A stretch of 64,000 nucleotides of DNA from Macrostomum lignano (lineage: Eukaryota): assembly GCA_002269645.1 (NCBI GenBank), contig NIVC01000342.1, positions 1 to 64,000 of the forward strand, read 5' to 3'. A program made the position numbers and the translations under genes. The notes under the pieces were generated by a model. It searched no databases, was not told the origin of the DNA, and saw nothing but the letters and a program-made list of their open reading frames with translations. Every line of letters starts with the position of its first letter. Position 1 is the first letter of the stretch. This document shows positions 20,486-33,500 of this stretch, one piece after another.

Positions 20486-23090
20486 TGCTAGCACAGTGTC
20501 TGACTAAGACTGTGTCAGATGCTAGCACAGTGTCTGACTAAGACTGTGTCAGATGCTAGCACAGTGTCTGACTAAGACTGTGTCAGATGCTAGCACAGTG
20601 CCTGACTAAGACTGTGTCAGATGCTAGCACAGTGTCTGACTAAGACTGTGTCAGATGCTAGCACAGTGTCTGACTAAGACTGTGTCAGATGCTAGCACAG
20701 TGTCTGACTAAGACTGTGTCAGATGCTAGCACAGTGTCTGACTAAGACTGTGTCAGATGCTAGCACAGTGTCTGACTAAGACTGTGTCAGATGCTAGCAC
20801 AGTGTCTGACTAAGACTGTGTCAGATGCTAGCAAAGTGCCTGACTAAGACTGTGTCAGATGCTAGCACAGTGCCTGACTAAGACTGTGTCAGATGCTAGC
20901 ACAGTGTCTGACTAAGACTGTGTCAGATGCTAGCACAGTGCCTGACTAAGACTGTGTCAGATGCTAGCAAAGTGCCTGACTAAGACTGTGTCAGATGCTA
21001 GCAAAGTGTCTGACTAAGACTGTGTCAGATGCTAGCACAGTGTCTGACTAAGACTGTGTCAGATGCTAGCACAGTGCCTGACTAAGACTGTGTCAGATGC
21101 TAGCAAAGTGTCTGACTAAGACTGTGTCAGATGCTAGCACAGTGTCTGACTAAGACTGTGTCAGATGCTAGCAAAGTGCCTGACTAAGACTGTGTCAGAT
21201 GCTAGCACAGTGTCTGACTAAAACTGTCAGATGCTAGCATAGTGTCTGACTAAGACTGTGTCAGATGCTAGCAAAGTGCCTGACTAAGACTGTGTCAGAT
21301 GCTAGCAAAGTGCCTGACTAAGACTGTGTCAGATGCTAGCAAAGTGCCTGACTAAGACTGTGTCAGATGCTAGCAAAGTGCCTGACTAGGACTGTGTCAG
21401 ACGCTAGCAAAGTGCCTGACTAAGACTGTGTCAGATGCTAGCACAGTGTCTGACTAAAACTGTCAGATGCTAGCACAGTGTCTGACTAAAACTGTCAGAT
21501 GCTAGCACAGTGTCTGACTAAAACTGTCAGATGCTAGCATAGTGTCTGACTAAGACTGTGTCAGATGCTAGCAAAGTGCCTGACTAAGACTGTGTCAGAT
21601 GCTAGCAAAGTGCCTGACTAAGACTGTGTCAGATGCTAGCAAAGTGCCTGACTAAGACTGTGTCAGATGCTAGCAAAGTGTCTGACTAAGACTGTGTCAG
21701 ATGCTAGCAAAGTGCCTGACTAAGACTGTGTCAGATGCTAGCAAAGTGCCTGACTAAGACTGTGTCAGACGCTAGCAAGGTGCCTGACTAAGACTGTGTC
21801 AGATGCTAGCAAGGTGCCTGACTAAGACTGTGTCAGATGCTAGCAAAGTGCCTGACTAAGACTGTGTCAGATGCTAGCAAAGTGCCTGACTAAGACTGTG
21901 TCAGATGCTAGCAAAGTCTGACTAAGACTGTGTCAGACGCTAGCAGTGTCTGACTAAGACTGTGTCAGATGCTAGCACAGTGTCTGAATAAGACTGTGTC
22001 AGACGCTAGCAGTGTCTGACTAAGACTGTGTCAAACGCTAGCAGTGTCTGACTAAGACTGTGTCAGACGCTAGCAGTGTCTGACTAAGACTGTGTCAGAC
22101 GCTAGCATGGTGCCTGACTAAGACTGTGTCAGATGCTAGCAGTGTCTGACTAAGACTGTGTCAGACGCTAGCATGGTGCCTGACTAAGACTGTGTCAGAT
22201 GCTAGCACAGTGTCTGACTAAGACTGTGTCAGATGCTAGCACAGTGCCTGACTAAGACTGTGTCAGATGCTAGCACAGTGCCTGACTAAGACTGTGTCAG
22301 ATGCTAGCACAGTGCCTGACTAAGACTGTGTCAGATGCTAGCACAGTGCCTGACTAAGACTGTGTCAGATGCTAGCACAGTGCCTGACTAAGACTGTGTC
22401 AGATGCTAGCACAGTGCCTGACTAAGACTGTGTCAGATGCTAGCACAGTGCCTGACTAAGACTGTGTCAGATGCTAGCACAGTGCCTGACTAAGACTGTG
22501 TCAGATGCTAGCACAGTGCCTGACCAAGACTGTGTCAGATGCTAGCAAAGTGCCTGACTAAGACTGTGTCAGATGCTAGCACAGTGCCTGACTAAGACTG
22601 TGTCAGATGCTAGCAAAGTGCCTGACTAAGACTGTGTCAGATGCTAGCACAGTGCCTGACTAAGACTGTGTCAGATGCTAGCACAGTGCCTGACTAAGAC
22701 TGTGTCAGATGCTAGCACAGTGCCTGACTAAGACTGTCAGATGCTAGCACAGTGCCTGACTAAGACTGTGTCAGATGCTAGCAAAGTGCCTGACTAAGAC
22801 TGTCAGATGCTAGCACAGTGTCTGACTAAGACTGTGTCAGATGCTAGCACAGTGCCTGACCAAGACTGTGTCAGACGCTAGCAAAGTGCCTGACTAAGAC
22901 TGTGTCAGATGCTAGCACAGTGCCTGACTAAGACTGTGTCAGATGCTAGCACAGTGTCTGACTAAGACTGTGTCAGTTGCTAGCACAGTGTCTGACTAAG
23001 ACTGTGTCAGATGCTAGCACAGTGCCTGACTAAGACTGTGTCAGATGCTAGCAAAGTGCCTGACTAAGACTGTGTCAGATGCTAGCAAAG
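20486..23090. repeat. 34 bp satellite, about 76 copies, between convergent genes
   Basis: Unit GCTAGCACAGTG(T/C)CTGACTAAGACTGTGTCAGAT. Confidence 0.99.
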
Positions 23091-23392
23091 AGAAAAAGAG
23101 TAAAAAACGAAATTATTTCGAAATTCCAATAATCTACTGAGTAGAAATCTTCTTTGAGTAGTGCAAAGCGCACTATTATGTATTTCTTTTGCATGAGGCA
23201 CAAAAATTTGTACATAGATTTATACAGGTCTAAAATCACAGATAAACTGGATATCTTTTCATTTCTGCACTATAAGAGAGAAACCTGGATGAGAGATAAT
23301 AACCGAGGCATAATTAATCATATGCTAATGAGGTGGCGAAGGACTAGCTGCGACGGACGCCATTCAAGTCTTGCTGCAAATTTTCTGTCCGG

Positions 23393-26141
23393 CTAATCAT
23401 CCCGATAGTCGTCCGGCTCTTCTTCGCGCTCCTCTGGTTCGGGTTCCGGTTCTGGCTCCTCTTCCGGTTCCGGTTCCGGCTCGTCCTCGTCCATGTCGCC
23501 ATCTTCCTCTTCCTGCTCTTCGTCGGCCTCTTCATACTCGTCTTCCAAGTCTTCTTCAGCGTCATCGAATTCTTCATCTTCTTCCTCATCCTCCTCTTCC
23601 TCTTCTTCTTCTTCTTCTTCTTCTTCCGCTTCTTCTTCTTCTTCTTCTTCTTCCGCTTCTTCTTCCGCTTCTTCTTCCGCTTCTTCTTCCTCATCCAGTT
23701 CCGACCCAGTCTCTCCATCCGCTGTCTCCTCTCCGCTGTCTCCTCGGCTGGCCGCTTCCTCCAGTGCGTCTCGCCCGCCCTCCGGGCCTCCAGCAGCGCC
23801 TCCGGCCGCGTCTGCCGCCCCGGCAGCTGCGGCTGCTCGTTCGAATTCGTCTCGAGCTTCGAGTTCTTCGCGCTCCAGGCGTAGGCGCTCGAGTTCGAGT
23901 TGCTGCTCGCGCTCAAGGCGCTCCTGTTCGAGCAGCAGCTGCTCGCGCTCCGCCTCCTGCAGCTCGGCTGCGGCCGCTGCGGCTGCGGCATCCTCCGGTC
24001 TGCGAGTTCGAAAAGTTACGAAATGCGTAAAAACTGGACCTCTTCAAAGTGCACTGTCTAACAGCTGGACCTCTTCAAAGTGCATTGTCTATCAACTGGA
24101 CCTCTTCAAAGTGCATTGTCTAATAGCTGGACCTCTTCAAAGTGCACTGTCTAACAGCTGGACCTCTTCAAAGTGCACTGTCTAATAGCTGGACCTCTTC
24201 AAAGTGCACTGTCTAACAGCTGGACCTCTTCAAAGTGCAAAGTCTAAAAGCTGGACCTCTTCAAAGTGCAAAGTCTAACAGCTGGACCTCTTCAAAGTGC
24301 ACTGTCTAACAGCTGGACCTCTTCAAAGTGCAAAGTCTAACAGCTGGACCTCTTCAAAGTGCATTGTCTATCAACTGGACCTCTTCAAAGTGCACTTTCT
24401 AACAGCTGGACCTCTTCAAAGTGCACTTTCTAACAGCTGGACCTCTTCAAAGTGCACTGTCTAACAGTTGGACCTCTTCGAAATTCAAAATAAAGTCTAT
24501 AGCTGGACTACTAAAAACATTTCCCCATTTAATCCACTAAATTGCCCAACGCTAGCCAGGCGGTCGCAAGGAACAGGCAAGGCACTTCTTTGCCGCAGCA
24601 GTCATTTGCAACAAACTTTGCAATGTCTTCGGTTTTCAAATTCAGCCACAGGGGGCAACTCTCTGACAATTCAGTCCCGGCTGCGACCTTCATTTATTGC
24701 GAATGCGGGGGGGGGGTTGGGATGGAGCATTGGGGGATTCGAATGAATTTTGTGGGAGTTGAATTTGTTGTAAAGCTACAGTCGAATGAGGGGCAAAGGA
24801 TTAAAAAGTGGTCAATGCAGCTTTAAGATGCCAGTGGCGATAGATATTGACAGACAGAAGCTTTAGAGGAATTGGGAACGGTTCGAGTAACAGAAATTCG
24901 GAGAAAGAGGGGTAGAGGGAGGGGTAGAGGGAGGGTTAGAGAGAGGGGAATAGGGAGGGGTAGAGGGAGTGGTAGAGGAAGTAGTAGAGGGAGGGGTAGA
25001 GGGAGGGGTAGAGGGAGGGTAGAGGGAGTGGTAGAGGAAGTAGTAGAGGGAGGGGTAGAGGGAGGGGTAGAGGGAGAGGTAGAGGGAGGGGTAGAGGGAG
25101 TAGTAGAGAAAGGGGTAGAGGGAGAGGTAGAGGGAGGGTTAGAGGGAGGGGTAGAAGGAGGGTTAGAGCGAGGGGTAGAGGGAGGGTTAGAGGGAGGGGT
25201 AAAGGGAGGGGTAGAGGGAGGGGTAGAGGGAGTAGTAGAGGGAGGGGTAGAGGGAGTAGTAGAGAAAGGGGTAGAGGGAGAGGTAGAGAAAGGGTTAGAG
25301 GGAGAGGTAGAGGGAGTGGTAGAGGGAGGGGGTGAAGCAAGTGACTGTGTTTCCAAAGCTGCCAGCGCCAAAAGCATTCTACATGCAAAAGAAAAAAATG
25401 ACTAGAAGACACGAAATTTGATCATCACCCAGCGATCAAGAGTGAAAATCAGGCAAACCAATTTTAGAAGTCGAAGTCCGACCCCTGGCGTCTGCAAAAC
25501 ATTACCGCCTCTCCAACCACCACCGCCAGGGACACGAGAGAGGCCAAAAATAAAGTTTGCAGTGCTGACTTGTCTTACAATGCTGTGCCAAATATCCACT
25601 AGTTTAGTCCCCCAAATCCTGCTGTCGGTCACTCTCACTGTCAGTCTCAATCCCATTCTCAATCTCACTTGCACTTTCACTCTTAATCTCACTCTCACTC
25701 CCAACCTCACTCTCACTCCCAACCTCTCTCTCACTCTCAACCTCACTCTCAACGTCACTCTCACTCTCAAACTCTCTCAAACTCACTTTCAAACTCACTC
25801 TCAAACTCACTCTCAAACTCACTTTCAAACTCACTCTCAAACTCACTCTCAAACTCACTCTCACTCTCAACCTCACTCTCACTCTCACTCCCACTCTCAA
25901 ACTCACTCTCAAACTCACTCTCAAACTCACTCTCACTCTCAACCTCACTCTCACTCTCACTCTCAAACTCACTCCCACTCTCAAACTCACTCTCAAACTC
26001 ACTCTCAAACTCACTCTCACTCTCAACCTCACTCTCACTCTCACTCTCAAACTCACTCTCACTCTCAAACTCACTCTCAAACTCACTCTCAAACTCACTC
26101 TCACTCTCAAACTCACTCTCAAACTCACTCTCACTCTCAAA

Positions 26142-26175
<34 letters not shown>

Positions 26176-26356
26176 AACTCACTCTTAACCTCACTCCCAC
26201 TCGCACTCTCACTCTCACTCTCCCTCTCACTCTCACTCTCACTCTCAACCTCACTCTCAACCTCACTCTCAACCTCACTCTCAACCTCACTCTCAAACTC
26301 ACTCTCACTCTCCCTCTCACTCTCACTCTCACTCTCAAACTCACTCTCACTCTCAA

Positions 26357-26391
<35 letters not shown>

Positions 26392-26517
26392 ACCTCACTC
26401 TTAACCTCACTCTCCCTCTCACTCTCACTCTCACTCTCAAACTCACTCTCACTCTCACTCTCACTCTCAAACTCACTCTTAACCTCACTCTCACTCTCAC
26501 GCTTACTCTCACTCTCC

Positions 26518-26553
<36 letters not shown>

Positions 26554-28351
26554 ACCGCACTCTCCCTCTCACTCTGAGTCACCATCACTCTCAATTTCTG
26601 TCACTCTCAATTTCTCTGTCACTCTCGATTTCTCTGTCACTCTCAATCTCACTGACACTCTCAATCTCACTGTCACTCTCGATCTCACTGTCACTCTCAA
26701 TTTCTCTGTCACTCTCAATCTCACTGACACTCTCAATCTCACTGTCACTCTCAATCTCACTGTCACTCTCAATTTCTCTGTCACTCTCAATCTCACTGAC
26801 ACTCTCAATCTCACTGTCACTCTCAATCTCACTGTCACTCTCAATCTCACTGTCACTCTCAATCTCTCTGTCACTCTTAATCTCTCTGTCACTCTCAATC
26901 TCTCTGTCACTCTCAATTTCTCTGTCACTCTCAATCTCACTGACACTCTCAATCTCACTGTCACTCTCAATCTCACTGTCACTCTCAATCTCTCTGTCAC
27001 TCTCAATCTCACTGACACTCTCAATCTCACTGTCACTCTCGATCTCACTGTCACTCTCAATCTCACTGTCACTCTCAATCTCTCTGTCACTCTTAATCTC
27101 TCTGTCACTCTCAATCTCTCTGTCACTCTCAATTTCTCTGTCACTCTCAATCTCACTGACACTCTCAATCTCACTGTCACTCTCAATCTCACTGTCACTC
27201 TCAATCTCTCTGTCACTCTCAATCTCTCTGTCACTCTCAATCTCTCTGTCACTCTTAATCTCTCTGTCACTCTCAATCTCTCTGTCACTCTTAATCTCAC
27301 TGTCACTCTCAATCTCACTGTCACTCGCAATCTCACTGTCACTCTCACCCTCCCTCTTCCCCAGCAAAATCACTCACTCGCTGCCATCGCTGATGCTCTC
27401 ATTCTCGGACTCCAGCGGCTCCTCCTGCCTCTCCTGATGATCTTCAGCAGCCGCCTCCGCCACCTCCGCCGCCGCCTCCGCCGCCACCGCCGCCGACGCC
27501 GCTGCAGCCCCCGCCGCTGCCGCCACCGCATCCGCCTCAGCGATTCGGCGAGCCTCTTCGGCCGCTTCGCGCTGCTGCCTCGCCCGCTCCTCCTCTTCGG
27601 CCCTCTGCTCGTCCCGCAGCGCCTGCGCCGCCAGCATCTCATCGGTGAAGCCGGCGTCCCGCAGGCGCTCCATGTCGCCGAGCGCTCGCGAGTCAACCTT
27701 GATGCTGTGCTGCTGAAGGGCGTCCACCTCCGCCTGGTTCTTGGCGACAAACATCTGCGCCGCCAAGACCGTCTCCGATGTCGCTGCGGCAGCGGTGGCT
27801 GCAGCTGCCGCAGGTTCATCCACCGTCGGCGGCTCCGCTTTTCGTCGTCGATGTCGCCGACCGCCCGCTGAAGATTTCGTCGCTGACTTCTTGGTTCCGG
27901 CGCCCGTTGCCGCGGCCACCAAAGCTGCCGTCACTGCTGCGTCTGCGGCCGCTGACTCGGGCGGCTTCGCCGGCGGCCTCCGCTGCGTCGACAACCAGCC
28001 GTTCCCGACGCCATTGGCGTGGACGACTTTGCCGCCGCCTCCAATGCCTCTGGACTTGCCATGGCCGCCGCTCTTTCTCGGACGTGACGATGTCGGGCAG
28101 TCGTCCAGGAAGGTCTCAGCCGAGTCCTGCAGCTCGTCGACCAGAGCGAGTAGGCGCTCGGCCTCCTGGTCAGGCGGCAGGCACCTGGCGTGCTCGTAGC
28201 GCAGCGCCAGCTCCGCGTCCTCCATGGTGGCCCGCTGCCTGTAGGCCGCCTCCGCCGCATCCTCGCCGCCGAGCCGCGGCTTGCCGGAGCTGCAGCTGTC
28301 GTCCCGGCGAACTCCGCAGCAGCCCAGCAGGGGGGCGGCGACGTTGCCCAT
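23393..28351 (-). CDS. Uncharacterised 526-aa protein: MG...CC acylation-type N-terminus, Ala-rich linkers, E/R-rich helices, poly-Glu/(EP)n acidic tail; exons 28351-27378 and 23999-23393
   Basis: ATG in good context with an in-frame TGA 6 nt upstream. Donor GA|GTGAGT (phase 2) matches acceptor CGCAG|A. GC-rich coding-like codon use; stop TAG at 23395-23393; 1581 nt total. Confidence 0.8.
24034..24480. repeat. 31 bp minisatellite, about 14 copies, at the 3' end of the orphan-gene intron
   Basis: Unit CTGGACCTCTTCAAAGTGCACTGTCTAACAG. Confidence 0.97.
24905..25328. repeat. 12 bp G-rich repeat (intronic copy)
   Basis: Unit GGTAGAGGGAG(G/T). Confidence 0.96.
25630..26575. repeat. (ACTCTC)/(ACTCTCAAACTC)n simple repeat
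   Basis: 6/12 bp periodic C/T/A array. Confidence 0.96.
26576..27350. repeat. 18 bp minisatellite adjacent to the orphan-gene splice donor
   Basis: Unit TCACTCTCAATCTC(A/T)CTG. Confidence 0.97.
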
Positions 28352-29184
28352 CGCGGTTCAACAATCTGATGAGGAAATTTTCGGAAAGCTCGAAAGTCCC
28401 ACCTAAGAGACGGAGGTGTTTCTGTATTTTCCGTTTTTTTGTGATTTTCTGTCCGTCTGCGAATAGATAGATAGACGGCAGAAGTAGTGCTACGATGGGT
28501 GGATGGCTGTCTGCGCCATGGACTGCTAGACTAGAGTGTCTGGACTGGACACCCGGGTGTACAGTGCAGACAAACCAGCAGCGAATTTGTGTTTGAAAGC
28601 TCCACGACCGGGCCAGCCACTGGGGGCATGATGGAGGGGGGGGGTGAACAACGCACAATGAGAGACCGAGTTGCCAGGCCCCTTGCTGCTCCTGCTGCTC
28701 GCGCTCTGTGTTAAGCTCTCAATGTTCATCGGCAGGGGTTCGCAGTCTTTTGTCTTTGCAGTCGAGAATAACCCCCTCACCACTGCATTTGCCTCTCGCC
28801 GCTTATTTTCTCACCTATTTCTGTTCAAATTTCTGAGCCTGCTCTTGTTTGCTTGAGAGGGACTGTACACGCAAACTTGCGCGCTAATTTATGGACCTGG
28901 GTGGAGAGTTGGGTCGAAAAAATGCTGGCGAGTTTCGAGTTCGGGGGCGCAGAGCATATTTCTCTGGCCTGTGCCTTTTCATATTTAAAACTAACTTTAC
29001 AATTAAAGGACCCTCCAACAGCCAGGTGGATGGCCCTCCAAACTTGATGAAAATTAGGTTGGAAAATAAAAATAAGACAAAATAGAGCCACTTGAGCTGT
29101 AGAGCTTTTTGTGTCTTTAGCTGCTTGATAAGAACTGTGCTTCACTCAGTCTGACACTATTTCAAAAAGATTAAGGGCTTGAAA

Positions 29185-29965
29185 GAGGGAGGGTAGAGGG
29201 AGTGGTAGAGGGAGGGGTAGAGGGAGTGGTAGAAAGAGGGGTAGAGGGAGTGGTAGAGGGAGGGTTAGAAGGAGGGGTAGAGGGAGGGGTAGAGGGAGTG
29301 GTAGAGGGAGGGGTAGAGGGAGGGGTAGAGGGAGTGGTAGAGGGAGTGGTAGAGGGAGGGGTAGAGGGAGTGGTAGAGGGAGGGGTAGAGGGAGTGGTAG
29401 AGGGAGGGGTAGAGGGAGTGGTAGAGGGAGGGTTAGAAGGAGGGGTAGAGGGAGGGGTAGAGGGAGTGGTAGAGGGAGTGGTAGAGGGAGGGGTAGAGGG
29501 AGTGGTAGAGGGAGGGGTAGAGGGAGTGGTAGAGGGAGTGGTAGAGGGAGGGGTAGAGGGAGTGGTAGAGGGAGGGGTAGAGGGAGTGGTAGAGGGAGGG
29601 GTAGAGGGAGTGGTAGAGGGAGGGTTAGAAGGAGGGGTAGAGGGAGGGGTAGAGGGAGTGGTAGAGGGAGGGGTAGAGGGAGGGGTAGAGGGAGTGGTAG
29701 AGGGAGTGGTAGAGGGAGTGGTAGAGGGAGTGGTAGAGGGAGTGGTAGAGGGAGGGGTAGAGGGAGTGGTAGAGGGAGGGGTAGAGGGAGTGGTAGAGGG
29801 AGGGGTAGAGGGAGTGGTAGAGGGAGGGGTAGAGGGAGAGGTAGAGGGAGGGGTAGAGGGAGGGGTAGAGGGAGTGGTAGAGGGAGGGGTAGAGGGAGTG
29901 GTAGAGGGAGGGGTAGAGGGAGAGGTAGAGGGAGGGGTAGAGGGAGTGGTAGAGGGAGTGGTAGA
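29185..29965. repeat. 12 bp G-rich repeat between the divergent orphan and SLC5A starts
   Basis: Unit GGTAGAGGGAG(G/T), same as 24905-25328. Confidence 0.98.
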
Positions 29966-30539
29966 AGGTGCTGCAGGGGGGTCAAAGAAAGGACATATAA
30001 TCAGAGTGACCAACTTTCTGACTGCTAAATCAAAAGCACATTTCAACTCTCAATCTTATTCAGCAGATTCTTCTCTGTGAATAAATTCACAGCTGTCACA
30101 ATTGGAATCGACCTTATCGCGTCTCTCTTCAAGGCAAAAATTTATGATAATTTTGTTTGGAAATTTTAATTTTTTAGCGAGACTCACACGGGCTGGTTTT
30201 GAGCCTTTTCAATAAAAAATTCAAGCAAGGCACCGATAAGACCAGCTTGGAGATCTGGTCAGTTTTGGCACTGCTGACTTATCTGAGTGGTCTAAGTTGT
30301 TGCTCACCTCCAACCTGCCCCTCCCCTATCAGCAGCTCTGCACTGCTTTGCGCCAGGGTTATTTTGTCCGTTGCCACGCAACCAACTCGCCTTCAATATT
30401 CACTGATCTCTGGCGTTTTTTGTTTGCTTTTAAAATTGAAGACGAAATTAAAATTAAAATTAAAGGACCGGCTGGCTAAAAGTGTTGAAGAGAATTGATT
30501 TGTTCTGGAAATTTCTTAGCTGTCTCAGTCATCGAAAAT

Positions 30540-33500
30540 ATGGACGACCCGCTCGCTCTGGGCGACTACCTGGTTGTCGGTGCGCACTTCAGCATCACCG
30601 TAGCACTCGGACTATGGGTGAGTGACATTTCTGCAGGAGTGACATTGGATAGTGTGACAGTGTGAAATTTGACAGAGTACCGATTTCTGAGTGAAATTGA
30701 ATCGAGTGGAAATACCCGGAGTTACAATAGATTCAGTAAAGATACCCAGGGTGACAATAGATATAGTGAAAATACTCAGAGTGACAATATTTATATAGTG
30801 AAAATACCCAGAGTGACAATTTATTTAGTGAAAATACCCAGGGTGACAATATTTATATAGTGAAAATACCCAGGGTGACAATAGATATAGTGAAAATACC
30901 CAGAGTGACAATTTATATAGTGAAAATACCCAGAGTGACAATTTATATAGTGAAAATACCCAGAGTGACAATATTTATATAGTGAAAATACCCAGAGTGA
31001 CAATATTTATATAGTGAAAATACCCAGAGTGACAATATTTATATAGTGAAAATACCCAGAGTGACAATTTATTTAGTGAAAATACCCAGAGTGACTATTT
31101 ATATAGTGAAAATACCCAGGGTGACAATAGATATAGTGAAAATACCCAGAGTGACAATTTATATAGTGAAAATACCCAAAGTGACAATTTATATAGTGAA
31201 AATACCCAGAGTGACAATTTATTTAGTGAAAATACCCAGAGTGACAATATTTATATAGTGAAAATACCCAGGGTGACAATAGATATAGTGAAAATACCCA
31301 GAGTGACAATTTATATAGTGAAAATACCCAGAGTGACAATTTATATAGTGAAAATACCCAGAGTGACAATATTTATATAGTGAAAATACCCAGAGTGACA
31401 ATATTTATATAGTGAAAATACCCTGAGTGACAATATTTATATAGTGAAAATACCCAGAGTGACAATTTATATAGTTAAAATACCCAGAGTGACAATTTAT
31501 ATAGTTAAAATACCCAGAGTGACAATATTTATATTGTGAAAATACCCAGTGACAATATTTATATAGTGAAAATACCCTGAGTGACAATTTATATAGTTAA
31601 AATACCCAGAGTGACAATTTATATAGTTAAAATACCCAGAGTGACAATTTATATAGTGAAAATACCCAGAGTGACAATATTTATATTGTGAAAATACCCA
31701 GTGACAATATTTATATAGTGAAAATACCCTGAGTGACAATAGATACAGGGAAAGTACCCGAAGTGACGATTTTCAGAGTGAAAATAACCGGAGTGACAAT
31801 TCACAGAGTGAAAGTACCCGGAGTGACAATAGATACAGCGAAAATACGCGGAGTGACAATTCAAAGAGTGAAAATACCAGAGTAACTTTTTATGGAGTGA
31901 AACTGTTCGGACTGACACTTAGTGGAGTGAAAATGTTATCGGATGGCAAATACGACTTTGACTGGAAACTTACTACTGACTCACATACTACTGATGTCTG
32001 CAAGCTCGATTCAAAGCTCCCCCCTCCCGCCTTCAAATTCTAGTCGTCCCTGAGAAGTACAAAGACTTCGGCTGAAAGCTACTTTCTGGCCGGCCGGGAC
32101 ATGACCTGGCCGCTGGTGGGCCTGTCGCTGTACATGAGCAACATCGGCAGCAGCAGCTTCATGGGCGTGGCCGGCTCCGCCGCTGCCAAAGGCGTCGCCG
32201 TGCTTTGCTACGAATTCTGCGTGAGTTCGAACTCTGCCTGGCCTCGGCCGAAATGGTTGCCAGGTGGCGATAAATTAGGTTTCAGGTGGCGCGGCGAACT
32301 GGGTGTCAGGGACAGCTAAATAGGATGTCAGGGTTTAACGAATAGGGCTGTCAGGGGGTGACAGATAGGGGTGTCAGGGGGTGACAGATAGGGGTGCAGG
32401 GGTGACAAAAAGGGGTGTCAGGGTGTGACAAAAAAGGTGTCAGGGGTGATGACAAAAAGGGGTGTCAGGGGGGTGACAAAAATGTCATAGGATTACAAAT
32501 AGGGTGTAAGGGGGTGACAAAAAAGATGTGGAAGGCGACAAATAGGGGTGTCAGGGGTGTCAAATGGGTGTCAGGGGTGACAAATAGGGGTGTCAGGGGG
32601 TGAGAAAAAGGGATGTCAGGAGGATGACAAATAGGGGTGTCAGGGGGTGACAAATATGGGTGTCAGGGGATGACAAACAGGGGTGTCAGGGGGGTGACAA
32701 ATAGGGGTGTCAGAGGGTGACAAATATGGGTGTCAGGGGGGTGACAAATAGGGGTGTCAGGGGGTGACAAATATGGGTGTCAGGGGATGACAAACAGGGG
32801 TGTCAGGGGGGTGACAAATAGGGGTGTCAGAGGGTGACAAATATGGGTGTCAGGGGGGTGACAAATAGGGGTGTCAGAGGGTGACAAATATGGGTGTCAG
32901 GGGATGACAAATAGGTGTGTCAGGGGATGGCAAATAGGGGTGTCAGGGGATGACAAACAGGGGTGTCAGGGGATGAAAAAAAGGGATGTCAGGGGGATGA
33001 CAAACAGGGGTGTCAGGGGGTGACAAATAGGGGTGTCAGGGGTGACAAATATGGGTGTCAGGGGATGACAAATAGGGTGTCAGGGGATGGCGAATAGGGG
33101 TGTCAGGGGATGACAAACAGGGGTGTCAGGGGGGTGACAAATAGGGGTGTCAGGGGTGACAAATAGGGGTGTCAAGGGGATGACGAATTCACCTGTCAGA
33201 GAGCGTTAACCAGTGTGTCAGGAGACACTCAATTTGGATGTCAGGAGTGCCACAATGGGTGTCAGGGGTGCATTGTATCGGTAAGTCAGCATATTGCTAG
33301 ATCAGGTGTCAGTGTGGCTAACGAAACGAATCTGAAATCGAGCCATCAACCGACACCGAAGAATCTTGAAATATCCACCATCCAGGGTCTGTTCGGCATC
33401 ATCCTGCTGGGGTACGCCTTCATCCCGGTGTACGTGAGCTCGGGTGCCTTCACCATGCCCGAATATCTGCGGAGGCGCTTCGGCGGCAGCCGGCTGCAGA

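Noticed and set aside
20486-23090. CRISPR-like array (34 bp, partly palindromic repeat)
   Set aside because: Units are head-to-tail with no unique spacers, there are no cas genes, and the context is eukaryotic.
23393-28351. Pinhead, the conserved genomic neighbour of ADMP in some animals
   Set aside because: The neighbouring gene lacks a signal peptide and Cys-knot pattern; no pinhead-like exon was seen in the window.
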